Shown: one piece after another, positions 38,775 to 48,622 of the stretch
How positions within the stretch are numbered: position 1 is the stretch's first letter
Layout of the letters: each line of letters opens with the position of its first letter
Sequence record: KT895374.1
Strand: one strand, 5' to 3'
DNA length: 64,000 bases
Program-made: the position numbers and the translations under genes
The notes under the pieces: model-generated
Seen by the model: only the letters and a program-made list of their open reading frames with translations
Databases searched by the model: none
Told to the model about the DNA's origin: nothing

Positions 38775-39503
38775 TTGGGATTTTTGAAAAAATTATTTGG
38801 TAAAAAGACAAAAAAAGATGAAGAAATTGAATTATTAAAAGACATCATTGAAAGTAACACTCAAATTATGAAAAATATGGATAAGAAAATTAATCTATTA
38901 GAGGAGAGTATAGAAAATGAAGTTGCATCTAGCATAGAAAATGAAACAAAAGAGAAGAAAAAGTTAATTGAAACTGAACAAGAAATTTCACACTTTATTA
39001 GTAATTACTTATCATATTTTAAACTTGATAGAAATGGAAAATTCTATATCACTGAAAATTATGATCTAATAAAGGACTTTGATGATCTGTTATTTATTAT
39101 AATTCAAATGGTTAAAATAGGTGAAAGTAAAACAGAATATGAGGGAACTTATAAAGGTAATAGTATTAAGTTGAAAATATTTAATACTACAGGTGATCCT
39201 GAAGTCTGGTATTCCTTAAATAGTAGTCCAATGATTAGTAAAGAGACAGTTGGAATTACTTTCTTGAAAAAGTTTATAAATGATATTAAAGAAGATATTG
39301 TTAACTTTCCTAGTGTAACTACGCATTCACTATTTGAAGTGAAAGGAAGAGAGTATTCTTATATACTTGCAAATAATGAAAGATCCTGCTATTACATCTT
39401 AGGGGATAAAAATAAGGAAACTCCAATTAAGAGAGTTAAAAGAGTTAGAGGTAAATGTTATATAAAAAGTATTAGATCTTCCTTAATATATAGAATGAAG
39501 TAG
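38775..39503 (+). CDS. Hypothetical protein (MGFLKKLFGKK amphipathic start, coiled coil)
   Basis: SD ggagg 38761-65 then TTG 38775 in frame of ORF 38703..39503. Confidence 0.7.
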   Translation: MGFLKKLFGKKTKKDEEIELLKDIIESNTQIMKNMDKKINLLEESIENEVASSIENETKEKKKLIETEQEISHFISNYLSYFKLDRNGKFYITENYDLIKDFDDLLFIIIQMVKIGESKTEYEGTYKGNSIKLKIFNTTGDPEVWYSLNSSPMISKETVGITFLKKFINDIKEDIVNFPSVTTHSLFEVKGREYSYILANNERSCYYILGDKNKETPIKRVKRVRGKCYIKSIRSSLIYRMK

Positions 39504-39549
39504 TATTATTTAAATATAATAACGAAAGGGAATAGATCCCTTTCGTTAT

Positions 39550-41064
39550 TTAATCTCTAGTTAAGGAATAAACGCATTGTACCGCTTCATTTCCAATTTT
39601 CCTAGAGTTTCTACCCATTTGATCAAGTAGATTCTTTTTTTCCCAGATTAATCTATCTGCTTCCTTGTTAGCTTCTAAACTGAAAACTCCACGTAACGAT
39701 ACTGTATCACCGTCATAATCTCCTCCCAAAGCTTGAAGATACCCATTATATGGTACTACAGTGTCACCAAAAAGTTCCTCATCAGCAGGATAGTCTGGAT
39801 ACACTACTGGATAATCTGGCAGATATCTATCTTGTAATTTCTGTGGTTTTGTTTCTCTTGTAGATATAATTTTAATTTTACTAGGATAGATATTTTGATA
39901 TTGTTCAATAGGATATCGAGTTACATAAACATGTTTATCCTTACATATATCTACAGCCGCAATAAATAATAAATCAGTTAGTGTAAAGTTTCTCTTAAGT
40001 TCTTCAGTATGAAGTTTAATAGGGTACTCATTACCGTCATCGGCTTTAATCATAATTGAATTAAATCTACTTTCAACTGATTTAATAAAGAGAGACATTA
40101 GTTTCTTAATTTCTTCTTCAGAAAACTGTTCTTTCAAGTTACTAACTTTGATCTCTTCACCTTTTTCATTCTTAAACTTACTCAACTCAACTTCACGTTC
40201 TCCAATATAATCTTGAATATACTTAATGAAAAAAGGATAAAATAATACAATGACTTGAGATAGAGGAACACCAGTCCATCCAAATCTAATAGGATTATCT
40301 TCCCATTTATTAGACTTGAATCTAGGAGCTGAAATTACACTACGGGTAGCGTAGTCAATAGCTTTACCCAATAAGCTTTTTTGAATCAATCCATTCTTTT
40401 TGGCAATACTACTAGTGTAGTAGTCATATATATCATATAATAAACTTTGAATAGATGATTCTGTAATAGAACTCATATAATCATAACCCTCTGAATCAGG
40501 TAAAGATTGAGAATAACGAATTAATTTTGCATACTTATCATTTATTTCATCTACAGCCTTAATAGTATCGTTTGCAGTTTTTGAAGGATTATAATCTCTT
40601 GAATAAGCAGGAGTTACTAAAAACTTATCAATAAATATATCATCTTTTTTTGTCTTTTTAAGAAGTTCTAAATAGTTTTCTCTACGATAACTACCAGTAT
40701 TTCTAAACCTTAAATCATCATAGATAGAATAAAAATAAGAAACCCCTGTTTTTCCATTCTCGTTGTCTTCTACTAATTGTCCATTTACTACACTAAAGTA
40801 TTTCCTACCATTTAGTACATCCTGAATTTTCTTATCCATTGATGTTAAAAGTTTATACATAACTGGATGTACAAATTTTCTTTTCAAATTAATATATCCA
40901 AATAAAACTTTACGTTCTTTACTGCCAGGAAATCCAAATATTTCTGTTGAAAATAGACCATCTTCCATTGGAATATTACCCATATTAAAATAAATTGGAT
41001 TTTTAACTTCCTTACACATATGAGTTTCTATGAACCGATCAATATCTAATAAATCAATCTTCAT
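39550..41064 (-). CDS. rpoC: RNA polymerase beta' N-terminal half with catalytic motif (probably virion RNAP)
   Basis: DGLFSTEIFG, LLGKAIDYATRSVIS, VTRYPI, ALGGDYDGDTV (NADFDGD equivalent); late promoter. Confidence 0.9.
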   Translation of the reverse strand: MKIDLLDIDRFIETHMCKEVKNPIYFNMGNIPMEDGLFSTEIFGFPGSKERKVLFGYINLKRKFVHPVMYKLLTSMDKKIQDVLNGRKYFSVVNGQLVEDNENGKTGVSYFYSIYDDLRFRNTGSYRRENYLELLKKTKKDDIFIDKFLVTPAYSRDYNPSKTANDTIKAVDEINDKYAKLIRYSQSLPDSEGYDYMSSITESSIQSLLYDIYDYYTSSIAKKNGLIQKSLLGKAIDYATRSVISAPRFKSNKWEDNPIRFGWTGVPLSQVIVLFYPFFIKYIQDYIGEREVELSKFKNEKGEEIKVSNLKEQFSEEEIKKLMSLFIKSVESRFNSIMIKADDGNEYPIKLHTEELKRNFTLTDLLFIAAVDICKDKHVYVTRYPIEQYQNIYPSKIKIISTRETKPQKLQDRYLPDYPVVYPDYPADEELFGDTVVPYNGYLQALGGDYDGDTVSLRGVFSLEANKEADRLIWEKKNLLDQMGRNSRKIGNEAVQCVYSLTRD

Positions 41065-41095
41065 ATAATTACCACCTGTCTTATTTATATAGCTA

Positions 41096-41119
41096 TATTA
41101 TTTTGTTAACATAATAATA
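41096..41119. promoter_or_regulatory. Back-to-back late promoters centred on TGTTAACA
   Basis: Minus aaca-aaataa-ta (41107-41096) and plus aaca-taataa-ta (41108-41119). Confidence 0.7.
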
Positions 41120-41155
41120 TAAATTATTTAAATTGATAAAGAGGAATGGTCATAG

Positions 41156-41812
41156 ATGAATGAAAAACAATTAAATTTATTAAATTCTACTATTTTTTTA
41201 AAAGAATCATTAGAGTTTCAAAAAGACGACGATAGGAAATCTATTGTCAGCTTAAAATCATCTACTCGACTTTCTAATACCTGCATGGATATAGAAACAT
41301 CAATTGATATTGGTCTTAAGAAGGCAAATACTATTGCAAAAAAGAGGGACTATACCCCTATTAAATCAAAAAGTGAATTAAAAATGTCTGAGAAAGATTC
41401 TCTCCCAGAATTTACCAAAGGTGAATTTAAAATAATGGGGAATCAATTGGTCTTTTTTACAAATGAACGTCCTAATCGTGGAATACTCGCTATCTATAAG
41501 GATGGAAAGGGGAAGGTAAAGACTATCAGAGTTGAATTTATGGATAGGGTGAAAAATTCATGTAAAATAATTGCCATTAGTCTTAAGAAGGCAAATGCTA
41601 TTGCAAAGGAAAAGGGTTATACTTCTGTTAAATCGAAAAATGAATTAAAAAATACAAGCAGTAAAATTAATTTTACTCCAAAATACTTTCAAGTAATTAA
41701 CAAACAGTTAATTGCATATAGTAGTAAAGATCCTAATCGGGAGGCATTTGCTATTTATAAAGATGAGAAGGAAAAATTAAGAACTATTAAAATTGAATTT
41801 AATATTGACTAA
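41156..41812 (+). CDS. Putative internal head protein with two copies of a basic module
   Basis: Leader MNEKQLNLLNSTIFLKES; IGLKKANxIAKxxxYTxxKSKxELK twice; late promoter. Confidence 0.65.
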   Translation: MNEKQLNLLNSTIFLKESLEFQKDDDRKSIVSLKSSTRLSNTCMDIETSIDIGLKKANTIAKKRDYTPIKSKSELKMSEKDSLPEFTKGEFKIMGNQLVFFTNERPNRGILAIYKDGKGKVKTIRVEFMDRVKNSCKIIAISLKKANAIAKEKGYTSVKSKNELKNTSSKINFTPKYFQVINKQLIAYSSKDPNREAFAIYKDEKEKLRTIKIEFNID

Positions 41813-41835
41813 ACACCATATATCCTTATTTTGTT

Positions 41836-41847
41836 AACATAATAATA
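41836..41847 (+). promoter_or_regulatory. Late promoter
   Basis: aaca-taataa-ta, same ttgttaacataataatat context as 41103. Confidence 0.7.
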
Positions 41848-41884
41848 TATTGTATTTAAATTGAAGATAAAGGAATGATTATAA

Positions 41885-42316
41885 ATGGATGAAAAACAAC
41901 TAAAACTTTTAGAATCTACTATTTTCTTAAAAGAAGCTTTACGAGTTAAAAAGAATGGTAAGGATGTAGAGAAAGCAATCATTATTGGATTAAAGAAAGC
42001 AAATGCTATTGCAAAAGAAAAAGGTTATACTCCTGTTAAATCAGAGAGTGAATTAAAAAAATTAAGGGAAATTTTCAAAGCAAGCTTTGATGCAACTAAT
42101 AAAACTGCGTTTTCTCCTGCTTTTCTCAATGCAGATGTTGGTGATTTTAAAGTAATTAACGGACAATTAGTTTTAACAAATGAAGGTCCAACTAAATTAG
42201 GTTCTATTCGTGGAGCAGTTGCAGTCTACAGAGATAAAAAAGGAAAAGTTAAAACAATTAAAATTAAGTTTAAAGATCAGTTAAAGATGTCAGGTAAAAT
42301 GAAAGAGAAAAAATAA
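41885..42316 (+). CDS. Paralog of 41156..41812 with one module
   Basis: Leader MDEKQLKLLESTIFLKEA; IGLKKANAIAKEKGYTPVKSESELK. Confidence 0.7.
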   Translation: MDEKQLKLLESTIFLKEALRVKKNGKDVEKAIIIGLKKANAIAKEKGYTPVKSESELKKLREIFKASFDATNKTAFSPAFLNADVGDFKVINGQLVLTNEGPTKLGSIRGAVAVYRDKKGKVKTIKIKFKDQLKMSGKMKEKK

Positions 42317-42319
42317 AAA

Positions 42320-42357
42320 AAATATCAGTAGAATCTCTTATGGATTCTACTGATATT
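42320..42357. terminator. Bidirectional terminator
   Basis: aaatatcagtagaatc/gattctactgatattt. Confidence 0.8.
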
Positions 42358-42361
42358 TAAA

Positions 42362-42571
42362 TTAAATAATGAAATTTTGATGATATAGAATTTCTCTTAA
42401 ATCATCAGCTGATAGATTATTTAAAGGACTTAGTGAATTCTTATATCTAATATTTTTACTCATATTCATCACATGATTTGAAATTAATGCTTCACGACTT
42501 CCTAATAATGTTACTTGGTTTATAATGGTATGAATCTGTTCCATACTTACTTTAACTGGCATATTTAACAC
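42362..42571 (-). CDS. Small hypothetical protein
   Basis: 69 aa, SD agaggag. Confidence 0.6.
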   Translation of the reverse strand: MLNMPVKVSMEQIHTIINQVTLLGSREALISNHVMNMSKNIRYKNSLSPLNNLSADDLREILYHQNFII

Positions 42572-42575
42572 TCCT

Positions 42576-43325
42576 CTAAATTGCTAAATCTCCATAAACT
42601 TTCTCAAGTTCTTCATTAGATAAAATCTCTTCTTCACCAATATTAAAGATAGGATAATACATTAAGCTAATCTCTTTCTCATCTACTTTATCATATAGTT
42701 CAGCAGTTGGTTCATTATAGCCTGTATATGGTACAAAGAATACTACTTCATTATTCCAGATATTAGGACAATTATCAATAATATCATTAATGTTTTTTAA
42801 CTCATCATCAATAACCATACCAATGTTTGGTAAATCTTTAATATAATCTGATTTCTTTTCGTTTGTTCCTACATTAATAATCTCTAAATCATCACTTCCG
42901 ATAATTGTAGAATACATTCTAATAAATTCTTCTTTTGATTGTTTTGTTTTTTCAGTAGTCCTTGTGACAACATAAATTTTTTCAACAAGTTTTCCTTGTT
43001 TCATATTTAAAAGGTTTGCAAAAGCCTTTGTTGGAAAACATTCAGAATAAAATTCTTCATTATCATAAAGTTCCATAAATTTTTCTTGTACTTCTTTTTT
43101 ATCTTCCTCAGATAAATCATTTTTCATAAAATGTTTATTTAAATAAAAATCTTTTCTTGATAGTATTTTCTTATAATCTTCTGGGTTACTCATATCAAAT
43201 GATTCTTCTAAATTAAAGAACTTATCAAAATAATCTCTATTTTCATAAATTTTTTGTGTCCATAATGGACTAATATCTGTTAGAACCTCATCACAATCTA
43301 CAACAACATTAATACCTTTTTTCAT
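42576..43325 (-). CDS. HAD-superfamily 5'(3')-deoxyribonucleotidase-like protein
   Basis: Motif I VDCDEVLTD, motif II VVTR, motif IV VIDD. Confidence 0.75.
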   Translation of the reverse strand: MKKGINVVVDCDEVLTDISPLWTQKIYENRDYFDKFFNLEESFDMSNPEDYKKILSRKDFYLNKHFMKNDLSEEDKKEVQEKFMELYDNEEFYSECFPTKAFANLLNMKQGKLVEKIYVVTRTTEKTKQSKEEFIRMYSTIIGSDDLEIINVGTNEKKSDYIKDLPNIGMVIDDELKNINDIIDNCPNIWNNEVVFFVPYTGYNEPTAELYDKVDEKEISLMYYPIFNIGEEEILSNEELEKVYGDLAI

Positions 43326-43348
43326 ATAGTTTCCCCTCTCTTTGGGAA

Positions 43349-45247
43349 TTAGAAGTTTAATACATTAGTTGGAAATTTATCTGTACTAATATTTAATGGT
43401 TTAAAATCAATTGATTCAAGTAAAATTTGCCCACTCTTAACGTGGTCAGAGACCATCTTATCAATATCAATTACTGGGATTAGCCAACTTGGGATTGTCT
43501 TTTGATTTTTTGGAAATGCTATAACTGTAAATCCATGACTTTGTAAATTAGGGTCATCATAAATCGTTTGCTTAATTATTTTATAGGCTTCATCAGGAAC
43601 TAACCCTACTAAATCTTTTAACTCTTTTGTTTTTAATTTTAAGACGTTTACTTTTGTAGGAAATACAATTTCCTTTGAAGGAAATAATGCATTCCAAATT
43701 AAAGCACCACGAACAGACATAATAGAATAAGGATTAACATATGATTCAATATCATTTGCTTTACCAGTCATTAAGTACTTAGTTTCCCCATTTTCTAATG
43801 ACTTTTTGATATCATCCTGCAATCTTAAGAACTTACCAATAATTTCTCCATGATTAATATTTTCTGATTGAAGAATATCATCATCTAAAATACTTACAAA
43901 TGAATCCCTGACATTCTTATTCACTGTTACCTTTTTAATAGGTAATCCTTTAATATCAACTTTTGGATTTGTATAAATTTTACCCTCTTGACTTACTAAT
44001 AAACCTGCATAGTTCTTTTTATTTCTAGTAATCATAATCCTTTTATAGAAGAATTCATTTTTCATTGAAATAATATGTTGTTGATCCATAGGTACATTCA
44101 TTCTAGATGTTAAATCCATAAAAGTATTTTTAATTAGTTCTGATAAACAGAATGCACCAATATTAGTTACAGCTAATCTATCTTTAATTTCATTTCCTAC
44201 TCTATCAGGAAACTTTTCTTTTACAAATTTATAAAAAGGATCCATTAATATGAAATTACTGTCAGTATCCACTAAAAGTACTGATTTTTTCTTACCCTTA
44301 CTAGCTTGATCAAATCTATAAAAGTTGGGATAATTATAAAATACCCATTCGCTTAAGATTGTCCATAAGTTAGATACAGGTTCTGCTACTTCTTTAGGTG
44401 GTTTATTTGCATCCAAAAAGTCAGTATTGATAGTTTTTTCTAAAATATTTAAAATCTCTTCATTATCTAAAAACTTATAGAAGTTATTTTTATAATAAAG
44501 CTTATTAAGTTGATGTTGATCTAAAGTACTAATTAAACTAGCAACCTTATCTTCTTTAATTTCACCAGTTACTTTACTAAATAAAAACTCTAATACATCT
44601 TCTTTACTAGCATTTTTTAAATTATAATTATTAATAGTATATTTTTCATTAATGATGTTATTGATGTATTTTACAATATCGTGGGTATTTCTGAATTCAA
44701 AATTTGCAGAAAGAAATGATTCAAAAATAGAAACTGCAGTTGTAATAATAACTACACCAGTATAAGTAATACTTGGTCCAAAATCTTTTTGGAAGAAAAT
44801 ACTATTAGACTCAATTGTTGCGCCAAAGAAACTGTTATTTAAGAGTTTATAAGTTAACTGCATTAAGTCATATAAATCTCTAAGAGAAGTATCCTCATCA
44901 TTTAAATGCTTAAATTTTAAATCTTTATTTTTCTTTCTTTCATTAATAAACATTTCAATTACAGGTGTAAGAACCATTAATTCTTCATCTTGTTTTTTAT
45001 AAAATGTTCCATAACCAGAGATAATTGGCTTATCTTTTAAAAACCAATCTACTACTCCTAGTAGGTCTTTTTCATTCTTATTTTCTTTTTCTTCAAATAT
45101 AATACTTTTAGGTTGGTACTTTTCTAAAATAAGTCCGTTCAAAAATTCATCAAGTTTTTCTTTATCAATTTTTTTATCCTTATAAAGTAATTCTAGTTGC
45201 TCAATTAGCTTTTCTTTGTAGGTTTCAAACAACATTTTTTTAACCAC
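43349..45247 (-). CDS. Family B DNA polymerase C-terminal subunit
   Basis: Motif B YKLLNNSFFG, motif C VDTDSNF, KKNYAG, DIKGLPIKK. Confidence 0.9.
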   Translation of the reverse strand: MVKKMLFETYKEKLIEQLELLYKDKKIDKEKLDEFLNGLILEKYQPKSIIFEEKENKNEKDLLGVVDWFLKDKPIISGYGTFYKKQDEELMVLTPVIEMFINERKKNKDLKFKHLNDEDTSLRDLYDLMQLTYKLLNNSFFGATIESNSIFFQKDFGPSITYTGVVIITTAVSIFESFLSANFEFRNTHDIVKYINNIINEKYTINNYNLKNASKEDVLEFLFSKVTGEIKEDKVASLISTLDQHQLNKLYYKNNFYKFLDNEEILNILEKTINTDFLDANKPPKEVAEPVSNLWTILSEWVFYNYPNFYRFDQASKGKKKSVLLVDTDSNFILMDPFYKFVKEKFPDRVGNEIKDRLAVTNIGAFCLSELIKNTFMDLTSRMNVPMDQQHIISMKNEFFYKRIMITRNKKNYAGLLVSQEGKIYTNPKVDIKGLPIKKVTVNKNVRDSFVSILDDDILQSENINHGEIIGKFLRLQDDIKKSLENGETKYLMTGKANDIESYVNPYSIMSVRGALIWNALFPSKEIVFPTKVNVLKLKTKELKDLVGLVPDEAYKIIKQTIYDDPNLQSHGFTVIAFPKNQKTIPSWLIPVIDIDKMVSDHVKSGQILLESIDFKPLNISTDKFPTNVLNF

Positions 45248-45304
45248 TCCCTTTTCTAAACAATCATTTAGTTATGTATTTTCTTAAAAAATAATAACTA
45301 ATTA

Positions 45305-45381
45305 AACATTTTTATAATATAGCTTTAAAAACAAATTTATATTAATAATAAGTTAATAATTATTAATAGAACAAATAATTA
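45305..45381 (+). promoter_or_regulatory. Two tandem late promoters (45305..45316, 45370..45381)
   Basis: aaca-ttttta-ta and aaca-aataat-ta. Confidence 0.6.
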
Positions 45382-45412
45382 TATTAAATAACGAAAGGAT
45401 AGTGAATTCACT

Positions 45413-45709
45413 ATGTCAACTTTTTTCAAAACATTGACAGAGGAAACAGAAGTAACTATGGTTGAAAATGATTTAGAAAAACTTCTACAGGAGGCTAGCG
45501 TTGTTCGTATGGACAAACAGGCTCTTAGACGTAAAATGATTACTCGTGCTTCGCTTCTAGCAGCTCAAGCTAATAATGATCCTTTGTTTACTAAATATCA
45601 AAAACATTCTCGTCTTAGAAGACATTTCCGTTTAGAAATTAAGAAAAAATATAATTCTAAAGCGAAATCACTTGCTAATGACTATATGAGAAAACAAAAG
45701 GCAAAATAA
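45413..45709 (+). CDS. Small basic late protein, putative head component
   Basis: Acidic leader ending LLQEAS then very basic body; biased codon use. Confidence 0.65.
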   Translation: MSTFFKTLTEETEVTMVENDLEKLLQEASVVRMDKQALRRKMITRASLLAAQANNDPLFTKYQKHSRLRRHFRLEIKKKYNSKAKSLANDYMRKQKAK

Positions 45710-45887
45710 TTTCTATGATCCACAAAATAAATGCACAATTTAAATTATGTTAGGAAAACTTTTATAGTTTCCTAACATAATTTTTATTATAATAAAAAGG
45801 TAATTAATAATTCAATGAGAATTATTAATTATTGTTTACATAAAAATTTATGACAATAAAAAACAAAAAAAATGAAAAATATATATT

Positions 45888-45899
45888 ATAAATTAGCAA
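45888..45899 (+). promoter_or_regulatory. Early-type promoter for RNAP beta'-C
   Basis: aatatatattat. Confidence 0.65.
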
Positions 45900-45914
45900 C
45901 TGATATTATTTAAA

Positions 45915-47828
45915 ATGGGGGATAAAACTTTGCTATTAGAAAGCTACGATTTAAATGAGATTATTTTATCTAAAAATTACGAGGATGTAAAAGAAAATCT
46001 AAAGGAAGAAATTATTAAAGATCTAGCTAGTAAGAAACTTAAGTTTAGTAATACACAAGAACCAGCTGAACAAGATTTTTTAAAGAATCAAGATTTAAAT
46101 GTTGTTATTGATGGTGAAGATTATACAATGTCATACGGCAACTTTTTAACATTTTTAATTGTTACAAGACCATTTAATCATTTTAATGTTAAAATGACAG
46201 AAGAATATCTGTTTGATCCATCTGATTTAAGTTCTTATAAAGACTATTATACTAAACTATTGGAGAAATTTAAGTATAGTGATAAAATTAAAGAACTTAT
46301 TAAAGATGTTGTCGGAGAACTATCAATTTATTCTGCTGACATTAATGTTACTTATGGAAATACAGTATCAGCTAAATTATTAATTGATCTAGCTAAAAAG
46401 AATAAAGAATTTAGAGATTTGTTAAATTACAATTTACCAAATAAGCCATTAGAATTTAATGAGATTGAGGAAATTATCAATAAAAACTTAAAGAAAATTA
46501 TGGAAATCCTATCTACAACAGATAATGTTTTAAATCCATTTATTAAATCAGGTGCAGGTATTAATAGTAAGCAATTAGGTCAGGTAGTAAGTCTTATTGG
46601 GTCTAAACCAGATTTATTTGGTAAGATTATTCCATATCCTATTAATACTAGTTTCCTAAGAGGATTGGATGTAAAGTCTTATTATATTAATGCATTAGGT
46701 GCTAGAAAATCATTAATAACTAACTTCAAACAAGTAAGGAATTCTGGTTACTTAACTAGGAAACTAAGTCTTTTACTATTAGATACTAAATTAAATGATG
46801 TTGAGGACTGCGGTAGTCATCCAAATAATTATATAAAAATTAATATTGAAAGTAAGAAAGTATTAAATAGATTTAAGAAGAGATTTTACTTTGATGAATC
46901 GGATAATACTCTAAAGAAAATAGATACTAATGATGAAAATCTAATTGGACAAGTACTATCTATTCCTTCGCCGATTTCTTGCGCTTCAAATGAGGGTGTA
47001 TGTAGAAAATGTTATGGGGATCTATTTGATATTAATAATGATTTAAATATTGGAATGATTGCTGTTTTAATTCTAACCGATCCTTTAACCCAAAGACTTT
47101 TGTCATCAAAGCACTTACTCGAAACGAGATCTTCTAAGATTGAATGGGGTCAAGAATTTGAAAAGTTTATTACTGTTAATAGAAACTTATTATTTTCTAA
47201 ATTAACAAATAAACCAACTCTAATTATCAAAGAAGATGATATTACTGAAGAAGAAGAAAATGATGAAATTAACTTTGATCGTTTTGCGTTTAAAACTAAA
47301 GGTAGTATAACAGAATTATTTTCTCCTCTAAATTTAACTTTAAGTCGAGAATTGAAAGTTATTATGCATGATAACTACAATATTGAGGAAAAACAATATG
47401 AATTACCTTTATCAGTGCTTGATGAAAAAGATGCCTTTGCTACATTTATTATGGATAATAATGAACTATCAGAACCACTATTGAAAATTAAAAACTTAAT
47501 TGAAACAAATGTTTTTATTAAAGACAATAATATTAATACAACTACTAACTATTTCATTTCATTATTGAATGACTCAGGTATTAATATTAAAGCAGTACAT
47601 GTAGAATTAATCTTAAGAGAAATGTTAAGCCTTCATAGTAAGAATAGAGAAGAATTTAAAGAAGAGGTATTTCCTGATTATGAAATGTTTAGAATTACAG
47701 ATGCAATATTGAAAGGTGATAGTGTATCAAGAGCCTTGTTATTTGAACAAGTTAAAAAGTTGCTTACTACATTAGACTATGATACATTTGATAAAGACGG
47801 AGATTCAATCTTAGATAGTTTACTTTAA
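45915..47828 (+). CDS. rpoC: RNA polymerase beta' C-terminal half (probably non-virion RNAP)
   Basis: Bridge helix GARKSLITNFKQVRNSGYLTRKL, SPISC..GVCRKCYG, trigger loop DPLTQRLLSSKH, HVELILREM. Confidence 0.9.
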   Translation: MGDKTLLLESYDLNEIILSKNYEDVKENLKEEIIKDLASKKLKFSNTQEPAEQDFLKNQDLNVVIDGEDYTMSYGNFLTFLIVTRPFNHFNVKMTEEYLFDPSDLSSYKDYYTKLLEKFKYSDKIKELIKDVVGELSIYSADINVTYGNTVSAKLLIDLAKKNKEFRDLLNYNLPNKPLEFNEIEEIINKNLKKIMEILSTTDNVLNPFIKSGAGINSKQLGQVVSLIGSKPDLFGKIIPYPINTSFLRGLDVKSYYINALGARKSLITNFKQVRNSGYLTRKLSLLLLDTKLNDVEDCGSHPNNYIKINIESKKVLNRFKKRFYFDESDNTLKKIDTNDENLIGQVLSIPSPISCASNEGVCRKCYGDLFDINNDLNIGMIAVLILTDPLTQRLLSSKHLLETRSSKIEWGQEFEKFITVNRNLLFSKLTNKPTLIIKEDDITEEEENDEINFDRFAFKTKGSITELFSPLNLTLSRELKVIMHDNYNIEEKQYELPLSVLDEKDAFATFIMDNNELSEPLLKIKNLIETNVFIKDNNINTTTNYFISLLNDSGINIKAVHVELILREMLSLHSKNREEFKEEVFPDYEMFRITDAILKGDSVSRALLFEQVKKLLTTLDYDTFDKDGDSILDSLL

Positions 47829-47896
47829 ATTATTAAAGGGGTATGGATCTTGTACCCCTTTAATAATTAATAAATAGATAAAATGGGGAAAACATA

Positions 47897-48613
47897 ATGA
47901 CTAACGATAGTACTATTAATAATTTAAAAGAGACTTTAAAAGAGTATAATGATAATTTTAATAATATCTTAAAAAAGTATGAAAACAAAGATGAGTTTAA
48001 CAAATTTATATCCAATATGAAAACTGGTATAGAAGAACTAGGAATTTTAATGGAAGATATCTTTATTACTCTAAAAAATCTAGAATTTTCAAATAGCAAT
48101 TTAAACCCTCATCTTTATACAACTATGGAAAATGGTGTAGTTTTTATTAAAATGAAAAACATCTTCTCTTTTAATAAAAATCTTTCAGATGAATGGTTTA
48201 ATATTATGAAAGTAGATTTACTAGATAATACAGTAACCATTAAAAAATTTAGTGAAAGTTATAGAAAAGAAATTGAAAAAATTCTAACTTATAATGATTT
48301 AAATATTAAAAAAGTTGGTGTTAAATTATTAAAATCAACTACTAGAAGATATAAAATCATTAATTTCTTAGGAAAGTTTAGATTACTTCCCTCTGTTTGG
48401 ATTCTAAATAAATCTGAAAAGTATGATGAGATCTATGAAGAAATCAAAGAGAGTAAAGAAATTTCAAAAGCTAATTTAGAGTTCTTTAGATACCATGAAA
48501 ACATTGCAGTTGATATTGGATGCGAAGTTTTAGAAAATCTAAATAAAAAAGAACTCTTCAATTTTAATAAAGAATTTGTTGTCGTTGAAAGAGGTGATAA
48601 CGAATTCATATAA
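47897..48613 (+). CDS. Hypothetical protein
   Basis: 238 aa, SD gggg. Confidence 0.7.
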   Translation: MTNDSTINNLKETLKEYNDNFNNILKKYENKDEFNKFISNMKTGIEELGILMEDIFITLKNLEFSNSNLNPHLYTTMENGVVFIKMKNIFSFNKNLSDEWFNIMKVDLLDNTVTIKKFSESYRKEIEKILTYNDLNIKKVGVKLLKSTTRRYKIINFLGKFRLLPSVWILNKSEKYDEIYEEIKESKEISKANLEFFRYHENIAVDIGCEVLENLNKKELFNFNKEFVVVERGDNEFI

Positions 48614-48622
48614 GAAGAGGGA

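Noticed and set aside
38651-38860. ORF 38651..38860 (minus) and the ATG 38703 extension of the next gene
   Set aside because: Overlap the RNA stem and terminator with no RBS; the real RBS points to TTG 38775.
21126-47828. Inteins in terminase, RNAP or polymerase genes
   Set aside because: No C/S...HN-C/S/T bounded insertions or LAGLIDADG blocks seen; motif spacing is continuous.
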